64,000 bases of DNA from a virus: positions 64,001 to 128,000 of the IMG/VR virus record IMGVR_UViG_3300025405_000009; one strand, 5' to 3'. A program made the position numbers and the translations under genes. Under the pieces are notes generated by a model. That model searched no databases. It was not told the DNA's origin and was given only the letters and a program-made list of their open reading frames with translations. Of the stretch, positions 1 to 9,666 are shown one piece after another; the first letter of the stretch is position 1; each line of letters opens with the position of its first letter.

Positions 1-99
1 AAATTTCATTCTCTGGGAGGCAAACTCACGTGAAGCTTGTCCGCTTACCCATTTATTATAGCCCATTGTAGCATCTTCGAATAAAACTTTCTTTTTCAC
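1..99 (-). CDS. Partial hypothetical late protein (runs off window start)
   Basis: GTG at 99 after TATAAATA (106-113, minus); reads MKKKVLFEDATMGYNKWVSGQASREF...; not in ORF track. Confidence 0.55.
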   Translation of the reverse strand, partial: MKKKVLFEDATMGYNKWVSGQASREFASQRMKF

Positions 100-105
100 T
101 ACGAT

Positions 106-130
106 TATTTATAGCGTCGGAGTATAAATA
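106..130. promoter_or_regulatory. Back-to-back T4-type late promoters (TATAAATA on both strands)
   Basis: tatttata at 106-113 (minus) and tataaata at 123-130 (plus), 6-7 nt before starts at 99 and 138; gp55 encoded in window. Confidence 0.75.
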
Positions 131-137
131 ATAGTAT

Positions 138-545
138 ATGTTGTTTAAATCTAGATTTGATTTTGTATTAGAAGCTGATGATCAAACACCAGATGAGGCT
201 CCTGTAACTCCTGTTAATGATAAGGAAGCAATGGCACAGACTCTTGATACAGCTAAGCCTGATGATTTTAATGTTCAGGCTGCTGAGCGTCAAAAGAGAG
301 TAGATCACGTAAAGATTGCTCAAATTAATACTCTTAATGAATGGATAGCAAAGATTGATGATTTTATTGTATTTTTAAATGATACAAAATCTGATTCAAT
401 GCAGATTCAACTTCATTCAGCTCCTTGTGATACAATGTTTGAAAAGATTGCTACAAGTGAAAAGAAAAAGATTTCACGTCTTGCAGCTGATTTAGGTAAT
501 CTCGGTCAATCACTTAAGGGATATCTTGCCTCTGCTAATGACTAA
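138..545 (+). CDS. Hypothetical protein, putative head-internal protein
   Basis: 135 aa; late promoter; N-terminal MLFKSRFDFVLE-AD leader. Confidence 0.7.
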   Translation: MLFKSRFDFVLEADDQTPDEAPVTPVNDKEAMAQTLDTAKPDDFNVQAAERQKRVDHVKIAQINTLNEWIAKIDDFIVFLNDTKSDSMQIQLHSAPCDTMFEKIATSEKKKISRLAADLGNLGQSLKGYLASAND

Positions 546-1566
546 TATTCGACATTAAGAGCTTTGCTTTTAATCCTTCGTGTGAGTTTTTAATAATAAA
601 TTGCGGAGAAACTTCATCAATTTTTGCTGCAATACAGACGTCATTTAAGTCTTTAAACTGTTTGCCAATTTTTTCAGGCCATATAAAAACAGTTTCTCCG
701 TTATCTAAGAGACGTTTTGTTTTATTATAGCTAGCCGAATCCAGCCACTGGCTGTCTAAAACCCAAATTTTCTTATATAATTTATAGCTGTTTAGTTGTT
801 CTCTTTGAATGTGAGAAAGTGTCTTGTCACTCTTTTCTTGAATACCGGCGACAGCTGTTCCGTTCTTTACAAAAAAAGCATCAATAGGCCCTTCAAATAT
901 GAATATGTATTCAAGATCATCATTAATCTTGTTTAGGTTAAAGAGTGTCTTATCACCATTAAACTTACCAAGGTATTTTGGAATACCTTTATCATTATCA
1001 TATATAGCTCTTGTCTGATAAAACAAAATTTCACCTGCTTCATTATAAAATGGTATTACAATTCTATTTTTTTGAAATTTATCAGTTAAGGATACCCAGA
1101 GAGAGTCTGGTTTGTTAACAGCAGAATTGAGTCTCCTGTTGGTAATTATAGTTAATGCATCATTGACGACTTTATTGTCTTTAAAATAGGACAATTGATC
1201 TTTATCAAAGAGATTAATACAATCTAAAGGTAACGTTTCTGACTCAAATGTCTTTTTGGAGGTATATTCTTCCTTATTAATATCTACAGGTAAAATATCG
1301 TATGCACCAACTTCATTAATTATTTCTTTAAACGAAAGACCAGATACTTCCTGTATCCATCTTAAGGGCTTGCTTGCCCAACCGCAGTTATGACAACATA
1401 TGTAATCATCATCTACGATATAGTAACACCTACTTTTTCGCATCCACGACTTACCCTCCCTACAAATAGGACACCCAGCCTCATATGTATTAGTGTACTT
1501 TTTGTACTTAGGATAGCCTGCGTACTGATAAAATTTTTGTACAGTATATGCTTGAGGTAATATCAC
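535..1566 (-). CDS. gp61: DNA primase (T4 gp61-like)
   Basis: Zn finger CPICREG...CHNCG; TOPRIM FIFEGPIDAFF and DLND. Confidence 0.92.
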   Translation of the reverse strand: MILPQAYTVQKFYQYAGYPKYKKYTNTYEAGCPICREGKSWMRKSRCYYIVDDDYICCHNCGWASKPLRWIQEVSGLSFKEIINEVGAYDILPVDINKEEYTSKKTFESETLPLDCINLFDKDQLSYFKDNKVVNDALTIITNRRLNSAVNKPDSLWVSLTDKFQKNRIVIPFYNEAGEILFYQTRAIYDNDKGIPKYLGKFNGDKTLFNLNKINDDLEYIFIFEGPIDAFFVKNGTAVAGIQEKSDKTLSHIQREQLNSYKLYKKIWVLDSQWLDSASYNKTKRLLDNGETVFIWPEKIGKQFKDLNDVCIAAKIDEVSPQFIIKNSHEGLKAKLLMSNISH

Positions 1567-1602
1567 ACTATGATTATAGTGCCCTCTATTATAAAAACAA
1601 GC

Positions 1603-1785
1603 TTACTCAGCTTTTTTTAAATTTTTTACTGAAACAACACCTTTGTATACAAATGTACCAGATGAAGGGTCTGTATAAATTGCTTCAGTAATTTCTTGAT
1701 TACCCTTAATGTATGTTCTCATTGTAGGGCGAATCGGTTCACCACTGATCGGTGATTGAATAATCTTTGGTTGGATCATGTCCAT
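1603..1785 (-). CDS. Hypothetical protein
   Basis: 60 aa; TAAATA 5 nt upstream. Confidence 0.6.
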   Translation of the reverse strand: MDMIQPKIIQSPISGEPIRPTMRTYIKGNQEITEAIYTDPSSGTFVYKGVVSVKNLKKAE

Positions 1786-1800
1786 AATAATATTTAATAC

Positions 1801-2079
1801 TTATGCTGTAATTTGCTCTGTATTTTTATCATACTGTAGTTTACAAACATTGAAAACATTTTTTGGCATTTTTTCAACAACATCAATTATTTTTTCCTCT
1901 ATACCAAAATTAAACTTATCGCAAGGTATCTCCCGTACAACCATAGTAGGTAAAGAAAGAAATTTAAATACATTATCCATTGTTTCAATATAAACTAAAA
2001 GTTCACCAAGATAATATCCAGCAGTTACAGCATATATATGGCGTTGTATAGGATGTTGTTGTTTTTTCTTAAAGAACAT
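1801..2079 (-). CDS. Hypothetical protein
   Basis: 92 aa, coupled to upstream ORF. Confidence 0.65.
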   Translation of the reverse strand: MFFKKKQQHPIQRHIYAVTAGYYLGELLVYIETMDNVFKFLSLPTMVVREIPCDKFNFGIEEKIIDVVEKMPKNVFNVCKLQYDKNTEQITA

Positions 2080-2420
2080 TATTCGCTATCATTAAAGGGT
2101 CCGTGATTAATAAACTTATTAATAAGAGTTGTGAGAGAATCAGCTTCCTGTTGATTGTGTGCAGATATAATATTAATAGGAGTACCATCTAAAGCATATC
2201 CCATGATAATATATGATGATAAAAATTCTTCAATTATTGAAGATAATATCTCAACGTTTCTTGTATTACCATCCTTTGTATTAAGTTGTTCGCGAAGTTT
2301 AGCTGTTAAAGCTTTTTGAGTAAGATTTCGAATATCCTTTATATTTTTAGGATCATACTTATTCACCTCTTTTGAGGCTTTAGTTTTACGCTGTCTCTTT
2401 CTCGATGGATCGTCCTTCAT
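2079..2420 (-). CDS. Hypothetical protein
   Basis: 113 aa in minus-strand operon. Confidence 0.65.
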   Translation of the reverse strand: MKDDPSRKRQRKTKASKEVNKYDPKNIKDIRNLTQKALTAKLREQLNTKDGNTRNVEILSSIIEEFLSSYIIMGYALDGTPINIISAHNQQEADSLTTLINKFINHGPFNDSE

Positions 2421-2769
2421 CGTTAGTATTTAATTTGGCAATATAACGATTGCGACCACGATAATCGTTGTTATTTGATACACCGTGTGTAATAAGATAA
2501 TCAATTATAACTTCAATACTATCTGTTTTTATATTATAATTCTTAGGTATACGATGGCCGCCATCATTTAATTCAAATAATGTTTCGTCCATTTCTGTCT
2601 TATTACTATAGCATGTAATCATTACTGAACTTTCGCTTGGATTAACCATGACAGTCCAGCGACGCGGATCGCTCTTTGCATATACTGAAAATAAACGTAG
2701 AACAACGAAACCGTTATCCTTAAGACGCTTTACAAAGTAACTTGGTGTTTTAATTTTATTTCTGCTCAT
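2386..2769 (-). CDS. Hypothetical protein
   Basis: 127 aa directly downstream of the sliding clamp. Confidence 0.65.
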   Translation of the reverse strand: MSRNKIKTPSYFVKRLKDNGFVVLRLFSVYAKSDPRRWTVMVNPSESSVMITCYSNKTEMDETLFELNDGGHRIPKNYNIKTDSIEVIIDYLITHGVSNNNDYRGRNRYIAKLNTNDEGRSIEKETA

Positions 2770-2774
2770 ATATT

Positions 2775-3506
2775 TTAATTTTCTAAGGCTGATATAACGA
2801 ATTTAAGATTCGTAGATTCAAGTGTTGTATCAAACATCAGTACTCCCATTTTAGTAATGAGCTGTGCGTCTATAGTTTTAAACTTCATACAAGAAATTAT
2901 ACGAAAAATTTCAAAATTCAAGGGTATTGGTTTTATAAATGGTTGACCTTGGTAATCTTCAGTAAGCTTCATTCCATATGAATCAGTATTGGCTCTTGTA
3001 AGATCAGTTAAATCACCGTATACAATACCATCTCTAAACGTAAGGTAAAGTTTATTTGTATCCGTAGCAATTACACTGCCCTTAATCAAGGAAGTAATAG
3101 CAGATTGAGTAAGACTAAATTTACCATCAAAGTTTAAAGCTTTTAATTTTTCTATATTAATTTTAGGTAACGAAATAATGTTATCCTCATAAAGATGATA
3201 TTTAAACCGAATAGCAGATGACGAGTATCCGATATTATTAGATTCAAGATTAAACTCTATTTCTTGTTCCTCAATACAAGCAAGAATTCTACAAAACTTT
3301 TTAATGTCTGGTACATTAAGCGTTTTTGTAATATTAATCTTATCATCGTTATACTGCGCACTAACAATAATAGTATTATCACTTGTTGCAATTAAGGAGG
3401 TAATCTGACCAGGTTTTACAATTAAAACAGCAGACTCTGCCACCTTACTAATTGGCAACAAAAAATTATTAAGAAATTTTTCCCTATCAGTAATATTAAG
3501 AATCAT
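2775..3506 (-). CDS. gp45: DNA polymerase sliding clamp (gp45-like)
   Basis: 243 aa, repeated clamp-like beta/alpha pattern, ends KFVISALEN; replication context. Confidence 0.75.
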   Translation of the reverse strand: MILNITDREKFLNNFLLPISKVAESAVLIVKPGQITSLIATSDNTIIVSAQYNDDKINITKTLNVPDIKKFCRILACIEEQEIEFNLESNNIGYSSSAIRFKYHLYEDNIISLPKINIEKLKALNFDGKFSLTQSAITSLIKGSVIATDTNKLYLTFRDGIVYGDLTDLTRANTDSYGMKLTEDYQGQPFIKPIPLNFEIFRIISCMKFKTIDAQLITKMGVLMFDTTLESTNLKFVISALEN

Positions 3507-3546
3507 CTTTTTAAGATTAGATTAAATTTACTCTTAATCAACTGCA

Positions 3547-4059
3547 TTAAAGAGATATTGTTGCGGAAGCACGATTCTTTTTTTTAAGGGTCTCAATACT
3601 TGCAACAATATTTTCCTGACTTTCGATAATTAATTTTAATTTCTTTTCAATAGATTCAAGTTTATTAAAAATACTTTCAGTATAAGGACTAGTATTAAAA
3701 TTAAGTTCTAATTGATTAGGATCTGTAGGAGGAACAGTTGTTACTACTTGTGATGCAGTAACAACTGTATTACCTTGAAGTGATGCAAGAGACGGTATAA
3801 CTACCGGTCCTGCCTGTACTGAAGTGGGGGCTATAACAGAAACTGGAGCTAAAGCTGGAGCCGGCGCTGGTGCGGGCTGAGGTGCCGATCCTTGAGGAAT
3901 AGAGTTAAGCATTGCATTAGGGTCTAAGGACCCAGCAATTGGCTTAAGACTACTTACAATATTCTTATCAAGCTCTTTCATTTCCCCAAGATTCTGTCCG
4001 AGGAACTGTAAGGCAAGCAGCTTAGCCTCATCACCACTTACATCTCTAATAACATCCAT
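3547..4059 (-). CDS. Hypothetical protein with Pro/Ala linker and QLELNF motif
   Basis: 170 aa between gp32 and gp45; PAPQPAPAPAP tract; C-terminal coiled coil. Confidence 0.7.
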   Translation of the reverse strand: MDVIRDVSGDEAKLLALQFLGQNLGEMKELDKNIVSSLKPIAGSLDPNAMLNSIPQGSAPQPAPAPAPALAPVSVIAPTSVQAGPVVIPSLASLQGNTVVTASQVVTTVPPTDPNQLELNFNTSPYTESIFNKLESIEKKLKLIIESQENIVASIETLKKKNRASATISL

Positions 4060-4925
4060 TAGTCTTCAAGTCCCTTAAGGAGCTCATTAATTGAATCATC
4101 GTCAATACTAGTCGACGCTGATACAGTTGGCTTAGCTGGAGCAGGTACTGGTTTAGCTGCAACGGGTGCTGGCTTTGAAACAACTTCTGTTGCTTCAGCT
4201 ACATCGGCTGTACAATGATAGTGCTCATTAAGCATCTCAACAAGCTCATCATAACTCTTAGCTGTGACATATGTCTCAAGATCATTAATGCCGTTATATA
4301 TCTCTTCATATGAGTCAGGGCTCAAGCCATTAATTGCGCTAGGTAGAGCAAACTTAGATGAAACAAACGTTGGATACTCACCTTGCTTTTCAACCTTAAT
4401 ACGAAGGTTGCAACCATTTGGAGAAAGATCAAAGATACGCGGACCAAAGTCAACGGAATCATCACCTTCAATAGCATCCATAATAATCTTATTAAGCTGT
4501 CGTCCAAAACGAAGAACCTTAATAGTACCGTTATTTTCAGGTGTTACAGGATCATTAACAACATAAACATTAACAAACCAATTCTCTTTACGGTTAAGAG
4601 CCTTTGACTTCTCCTTCTCTTCCTCAGAGCCATTACGACGAATACTAAAAAACGTCTCAGAAATTGGATCGCGCTGACCCCAAGTTGCTGGGCTCGTACA
4701 AGTTACAAAACGACCAGTAGAAAAACTATTCCAACCGTATGAAAAATAATTAAAGAATGTCTTACTTGTTTCTTTAATATTTGGAAGAAGACGTACAACG
4801 TACGTGTTTCCTGGTGTAGTTTTAAGAATATCCTTATACTTTACATTAGTAGCGGTATTCTCGTTAGTTTTTGTAAGAGCAGACTTAATGCTGTCAAACA
4901 TGGATGATGTGAATGCGGTATTCAT
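4059..4925 (-). CDS. gp32: Single-stranded DNA binding protein (gp32-like)
   Basis: VRLLP, YVVNDPVTPENNG, FG..L..II, FDLSPNGCNLRIK; acidic C-terminal tail. Confidence 0.9.
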   Translation of the reverse strand: MNTAFTSSMFDSIKSALTKTNENTATNVKYKDILKTTPGNTYVVRLLPNIKETSKTFFNYFSYGWNSFSTGRFVTCTSPATWGQRDPISETFFSIRRNGSEEEKEKSKALNRKENWFVNVYVVNDPVTPENNGTIKVLRFGRQLNKIIMDAIEGDDSVDFGPRIFDLSPNGCNLRIKVEKQGEYPTFVSSKFALPSAINGLSPDSYEEIYNGINDLETYVTAKSYDELVEMLNEHYHCTADVAEATEVVSKPAPVAAKPVPAPAKPTVSASTSIDDDSINELLKGLED

Positions 4926-4935
4926 AATTTAGTTT

Positions 4936-4964
4936 AATATAGTTTGTATTTTTTGTTTAGTCAA
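4936..4964 (-). promoter_or_regulatory. Sigma70-type promoter for gp32
   Basis: TTGACT-N17-TATATT, 10 nt before ATG. Confidence 0.6.
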
Positions 4965-4975
4965 GTTTTATTTTG

Positions 4976-5629
4976 TTATTTTGTTATTTTGTTTATACCA
5001 AGTTCTATAAACTTTCGTGCTTTAATTGAATTAAAGTATTTGGTTCTTAGTGTCGGTATATTATTTACTAGGTCTTCTCCCAATATAAATGCAAGAATTT
5101 CAGAATCAACTGACTTAAATGCTTTTTCAAAAAGAATAAAACCAAATAGACAATAAACATTTATTCTATGTTCCTTTAAGTGCAATAAGAATGAAAACAT
5201 GTTATTTGTTTTATGATTAATATATTCATCTACAGAGATATTATTATCTTTACAGAAGTTTGAAATAAATCTCAATGACTGTTGTATATTTTCAAGCTGT
5301 TCCTGGCTATCAGGGCTCATCATTAAAAGTTTTTGTTGATACAGCATATAAGCTTTAGTTGCTTTAAGTGTAGTATAATAATCTAAATCAAAATACTTTT
5401 CATCTGAATACACTTTATACGGTGCATTAAAAAACTCTTCAATTTTAATATGTTTAAATTTATTAAAAAATATAGAAAGTTTTTTAAGATTATTGATATC
5501 TATATCTTTCATCTTACTAAAGTCCTTTCTAAGTTTATACGGCAAGTTATTTGCCGTTCTAGCTGACTTTAAAAAATTATTATAGATATATTGTTCAAAT
5601 TTTGAAACATCAATATCTAAATCAGGCAT
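4976..5629 (-). CDS. Probable helicase loader (gp59-like)
   Basis: 217 aa (same length as T4 gp59), immediately upstream of gp32 as in T4; Lys/Tyr/Phe-rich helical pattern. Confidence 0.55.
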   Translation of the reverse strand: MPDLDIDVSKFEQYIYNNFLKSARTANNLPYKLRKDFSKMKDIDINNLKKLSIFFNKFKHIKIEEFFNAPYKVYSDEKYFDLDYYTTLKATKAYMLYQQKLLMMSPDSQEQLENIQQSLRFISNFCKDNNISVDEYINHKTNNMFSFLLHLKEHRINVYCLFGFILFEKAFKSVDSEILAFILGEDLVNNIPTLRTKYFNSIKARKFIELGINKITK

Positions 5630-5631
5630 TA

Positions 5632-5940
5632 CTAAATTGTAACATATCCCTTATCATTATTCAATGGTGAACCTTTTGAATTAAGATATTTCATAATGTA
5701 TTTACTTTTATGTAGGCTTGGATCGAATTTTAAAAAGATTTGAACAGCTGCGTAATCAGTTTCAGCATCACAGTAAACTTTGAATAAATCTCTAAGCGTT
5801 TTGTTTTGCAGAAAAACTAAAAACACATTTGCAAGATTCATTTTCTTTGTATACATCAAAGCTACTAAAGAACAAAATGACAGAAATAAATGCTCTGCCT
5901 CATATTCTGTTATTGTACAATCGTCTGGTAAATCTTTCAT
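5632..5940 (-). CDS. Hypothetical protein
   Basis: 102 aa between gp41 and gp59-like gene. Confidence 0.65.
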   Translation of the reverse strand: MKDLPDDCTITEYEAEHLFLSFCSLVALMYTKKMNLANVFLVFLQNKTLRDLFKVYCDAETDYAAVQIFLKFDPSLHKSKYIMKYLNSKGSPLNNDKGYVTI

Positions 5941-5989
5941 TGATGTGGATAATAACTAATTATCCATACAGTACTTCAAAATCAATGTT

Positions 5990-7312
5990 TTATAGTGAAA
6001 GACTTGCGAGTGTACTTGTTGTAGAGCTCAAAGCCTGTGTATCATTAACGTGTTCATCTTCTGTTAATGTTAAGGTTGAGTAGTCAATACGTAATACACA
6101 ACTACCAAAATTAGGTCCAAAACGATTTTTCATAAAACCCATTTTGATGACTCCTAGCTCACGATCAGTTACTTCCTGCCATATACTTAAAATTACGTCT
6201 GCCGTCATAGCAAGACCCATACTCTCAGAGATTGTATTCATTCCAGGATCTGAAGTAGAGAATCCTGAGCGATTTAACTGAGTAGCTGAGATAATTGGAC
6301 AATTAAAGACATAAGATAGAGCACGAAGTTGCTCTGTAATCTTTTTAATCTTTTCATAGCTATTATTGCCATCTTGAATAGTAAACAAATTTACATAGTC
6401 AACAACAATAGCATCAAATTTATACCCTTGAGTTAACAACTTTTTAATGTAAGCCTGAAGATAACTAATAGTAATAGTCGATGGTGGGAATTCCTTAATA
6501 AGAATCTTTGCATTAGGATTTGATGATGCGTGATTCTCAAGACTATGTTTTAACGTTGTAGTATCTGACTTAATTCTACTAAGAGGAATTTTAGTAATGT
6601 TTGAAGACAGACGTTGAGCGTAAATTAACTCTGGCATTTCAAGAGTTACTAATAGAACACTCTTTCCCTGATTAGCTATATTAATTGCAACATTACCTAA
6701 GAAGATACTCTTACCAATATTTGTCTCACCGGTAAACAAATATAATGATCTACCCGACTCTAAAAAACCTCCGTTTATTCTCTCATCTAGCCAATCCCAA
6801 CCAGTAGGAATATAACTTACTTCTGAATTTAAATTATCAACAAGTACATCTACATCCTTTAGCAAATCATGACCTACATTTGTAGTAAGTGAAACATTAC
6901 ATGCTTTTTCAAACTTTTCTAAAATAGTAGATGTATTAACCTGATTTTTATTCAAGTCATCAACAACATCCATCATTGTATGAAAAACGGCTTTTTCTTT
7001 TAAGAACGTTTCTGTATTTTGAGATAGCTCATCAGCATTTAAATTCTTATCAATATCTGTAAATGTACCAACAACTTTCTTAAAAGAATTTTTAAGTTCT
7101 GAAGTAGTAAGATATGTCTTAATCTCTGTTAGTGTTGGACATGTTCCGCGATTAGAAAAAAAATCTCTAATAATACTAAAGATACTTTTTATATCATCAT
7201 TCTTAAAATATTTTGGATCTACATAATCAACAATTGATGAAAGGTATGTTTCATCAGTTAGAGATTTATAAACAATTACTGTTTCAAAGTAATCTAGATC
7301 CAGTTTCGACAT
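5990..7312 (-). CDS. gp41: Replicative DnaB-like helicase (gp41)
   Basis: Walker A GETNIGKS, Walker B IVVDYVNL, ISATQLNRSG, KNRFG. Confidence 0.93.
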   Translation of the reverse strand: MSKLDLDYFETVIVYKSLTDETYLSSIVDYVDPKYFKNDDIKSIFSIIRDFFSNRGTCPTLTEIKTYLTTSELKNSFKKVVGTFTDIDKNLNADELSQNTETFLKEKAVFHTMMDVVDDLNKNQVNTSTILEKFEKACNVSLTTNVGHDLLKDVDVLVDNLNSEVSYIPTGWDWLDERINGGFLESGRSLYLFTGETNIGKSIFLGNVAINIANQGKSVLLVTLEMPELIYAQRLSSNITKIPLSRIKSDTTTLKHSLENHASSNPNAKILIKEFPPSTITISYLQAYIKKLLTQGYKFDAIVVDYVNLFTIQDGNNSYEKIKKITEQLRALSYVFNCPIISATQLNRSGFSTSDPGMNTISESMGLAMTADVILSIWQEVTDRELGVIKMGFMKNRFGPNFGSCVLRIDYSTLTLTEDEHVNDTQALSSTTSTLASLSL

Positions 7313-7337
7313 GCAATAATAATACTATCTTATGCTA

Positions 7338-8012
7338 TTAATAGCTAGCATATTCTTTTAGAAATTGTGTTTGATTCTTTACGAATGTTTTATCTTCAAA
7401 AGATCGTAATCCAGGAGATGCATGAATGAGATGAATAGGAGCTACACCAATTTTAAGTTTCTTCTTATTAGCATCCAAACAACTTGAAATATCGTAATGA
7501 TGAAACGTATAATTTTCATTAAACTTCCATCCTGCTTCTTTAACTTTCTTAACATTAACTGACATAAAGACACCGTCAATAATAGCTACTCTTGCCGGTG
7601 TAGGTCCAAAAGGAGTTACCATCGACATTCCATCGTGAAGATGTGCTACAGCTCCGTGAAGAGTACCACCTCCAAAACCACCACACATTATATGCCAGAG
7701 AACCGGAGTTTGAATTTTACAATTATTACCACCTGCAACTCCTACTATATCATATTTTTCATGATACTTTTCAAGTTTTGCTTCCAGCATTGCATCATCA
7801 AAATAAACATCATCATGACAGAAAGCAATATAATCATAATTGTGATTTGAATATAAAAATTCATTATACCTTTTGCTAAGACCTTCTTTATTATTTTTAT
7901 AAAGATGTACAGTAATTGGATTCTTAATATATTCGTTAATTACATCAACACTATGTTTAAGTATAGGTGTTAAATTGTCTTTTACACAGGAGAATATGGC
8001 AATGTTACTCAT
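7338..8012 (-). CDS. GT-A fold glycosyltransferase (family 2-like)
   Basis: YDYIAFCHDDVYF (DxD-like), IVGVAG, IDGVFM, FHHYDISSC. Confidence 0.75.
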   Translation of the reverse strand: MSNIAIFSCVKDNLTPILKHSVDVINEYIKNPITVHLYKNNKEGLSKRYNEFLYSNHNYDYIAFCHDDVYFDDAMLEAKLEKYHEKYDIVGVAGGNNCKIQTPVLWHIMCGGFGGGTLHGAVAHLHDGMSMVTPFGPTPARVAIIDGVFMSVNVKKVKEAGWKFNENYTFHHYDISSCLDANKKKLKIGVAPIHLIHASPGLRSFEDKTFVKNQTQFLKEYASY

Positions 8013-8692
8013 AAAACAAAAAACGGTGAATTATTCTGAAATCCGCCAATAGAAGTAAGTCCTTCCTTAGTCATCAAATATAAAACACCTTCATCTAGGG
8101 ATTTAAACTTTTTATAAGGCAGGGAGGAAAAAGAATTACTAAGAAAATCTGCATATATTGTACTACCAGAACGTGCAAGATATACATTATTTGAAAGCTT
8201 ATTATAAATCCAAAGACCAAATATGCCTTCAAGTTTAGAGAGTACAGTACATAATGCTGATACTTCATCCTGATTAGTATCAGTTTCTTGACTTAAGAGA
8301 GCAGGTATTACAGAAGAATCTACTTCATTATAGGGTACACCCTTTTTAAGGGTTTTCTTTAGAGCTTTATCATTAGTTAAAACTCCGTTATGAGCTACTA
8401 CCCATGTACCACATACAAAGGGATGAGATGTTTCAGGTTCAAATGTACGAACTGAACTTGTAGGAGCTTGTGTATGTCCGAGATAGTAATAAAAATCTTT
8501 TGGTTTAAGACCAATCTTGTTATCTGTTACTTTCATCTCATCATGCAAGTCTGCTATTCCTTCAATATACATTCGAGCATCATAATCTGAGCTTAAAAAT
8601 AACCCACCGTAAGCAAAACTACCTCGGTCTTTACATTGATCGTAAATATCTGTAAATTCCTTAAAATTATTAGATCCAAAAATAGCACACAT
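8009..8692 (-). CDS. Class II (Ntn) glutamine amidotransferase, stand-alone Gat
   Basis: N-terminal nucleophile M-C-AIFG; GHTQAPT, SHPF, VAHNGVLTN, VDS. Confidence 0.85.
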   Translation of the reverse strand: MCAIFGSNNFKEFTDIYDQCKDRGSFAYGGLFLSSDYDARMYIEGIADLHDEMKVTDNKIGLKPKDFYYYLGHTQAPTSSVRTFEPETSHPFVCGTWVVAHNGVLTNDKALKKTLKKGVPYNEVDSSVIPALLSQETDTNQDEVSALCTVLSKLEGIFGLWIYNKLSNNVYLARSGSTIYADFLSNSFSSLPYKKFKSLDEGVLYLMTKEGLTSIGGFQNNSPFFVL

Positions 8693-8701
8693 TTCATTAA
8701 T

Positions 8702-8729
8702 ATTATACTATAGAGAATAAATAATTCAA
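8702..8729. promoter_or_regulatory. Overlapping divergent promoters: sigma70-type (minus, gat) and late AATAAATA (plus)
   Basis: Minus TTGAAT(8729-8724)-N16-TATAAT(8707-8702); plus AATAAATA 8716-8723 lies in the spacer. Confidence 0.6.
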
Positions 8730-8733
8730 GCAT

Positions 8734-9666
8734 ATGAATCGTGATACTCAACTTATTTTTGAAGCTTATAGAAAGAGACAATTAGAACTTTTAACAGAGA
8801 GGGATATTGGTGCAGAGTTTGGACCATCATTAGGTGCAGTTTCCTCAGGTATTTCAGAGCGTGAGAAAAGTGCTGATACATATATTTTTAAACTTCTTAA
8901 ATCTAAGAATCCTGATAAATCACATGATGAAATTGTTAAAATGGTTGTTGAGCCATTATATAATGCAATTTTCATTGATAATAAATTTTCAGCTGAAGGA
9001 TCACATAAAGATCAATTAGCTAAATTACAAACAGCTTTGGAGAATGAATTAGCTAAATCTTATCCAAAAGCTCAATCAAGTTATACTGCTAGAATTATTA
9101 AAAACTTTTTGACCCCTGTTGTTAAGATTTTAGACGCTGAAGCAGGTGATATTGAAGGTGGTAAAGAAGCAGTAAATGCGGTTAAGCAAGCTGTTACAAA
9201 AGCAGCAGCTAAGAATGAAGTAAAAGCACCAGAAGGAGAAGTTGCTGCTGCTGTTAAGGCACCAGCTTTAACTACATTTACAACAAGCGGTATATATGAA
9301 GTAAAAACTTCAGATGAAGTTCAAAAAGAAGGTATTAAATTACCTGAAGATTTGGATAGAATTTTTACACGCTTGCAAGGATTAGAAGGACGCGACGATG
9401 TTACAGGTTCTGAACTAATTGAAGAATTAAAAAATCGTGGAACAGAACCGACAAAAATTACACGATTCCTTAGTGATCTTGTTCGTGCTGGTGTAATTAT
9501 TAAGCCTGTAAATGTAGCAGGTCCATCTTCAGATGAGGGTGTAGCAGGTAGTGATAAGTATCAAGACCGAGAGGAAATGGAAAAGCATAGAGGTGCCGGA
9601 GATTCAACATTACGTGTTAAGCAGTCACCATTTAAGGGAACTGCTGGTGACAGTATGTTTGGTTAA
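8734..9666 (+). CDS. Hypothetical late protein, putative head-internal protein
   Basis: 310 aa; leader MNRDTQLIFEAY...LLTE-RD; inserted antisense between queC and gat. Confidence 0.75.
   Translation: MNRDTQLIFEAYRKRQLELLTERDIGAEFGPSLGAVSSGISEREKSADTYIFKLLKSKNPDKSHDEIVKMVVEPLYNAIFIDNKFSAEGSHKDQLAKLQTALENELAKSYPKAQSSYTARIIKNFLTPVVKILDAEAGDIEGGKEAVNAVKQAVTKAAAKNEVKAPEGEVAAAVKAPALTTFTTSGIYEVKTSDEVQKEGIKLPEDLDRIFTRLQGLEGRDDVTGSELIEELKNRGTEPTKITRFLSDLVRAGVIIKPVNVAGPSSDEGVAGSDKYQDREEMEKHRGAGDSTLRVKQSPFKGTAGDSMFG

Noticed and set aside
1552-1601. GAGG...CCCTCTATTATAAAAAC resembling a preQ1-I riboswitch, with an internal hairpin cactat-gatt-atagtg
   Set aside because: It is antisense to the primase start, lacks the UUC ligand-binding loop, and is explained by the primase -10/-35 elements; not upstream of a que gene.
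8734-9666. Candidate DpdA because it lies between queC and gat
   Set aside because: No TGT-barrel or Zn motifs; opposite strand, late promoter and a packaging-type leader.
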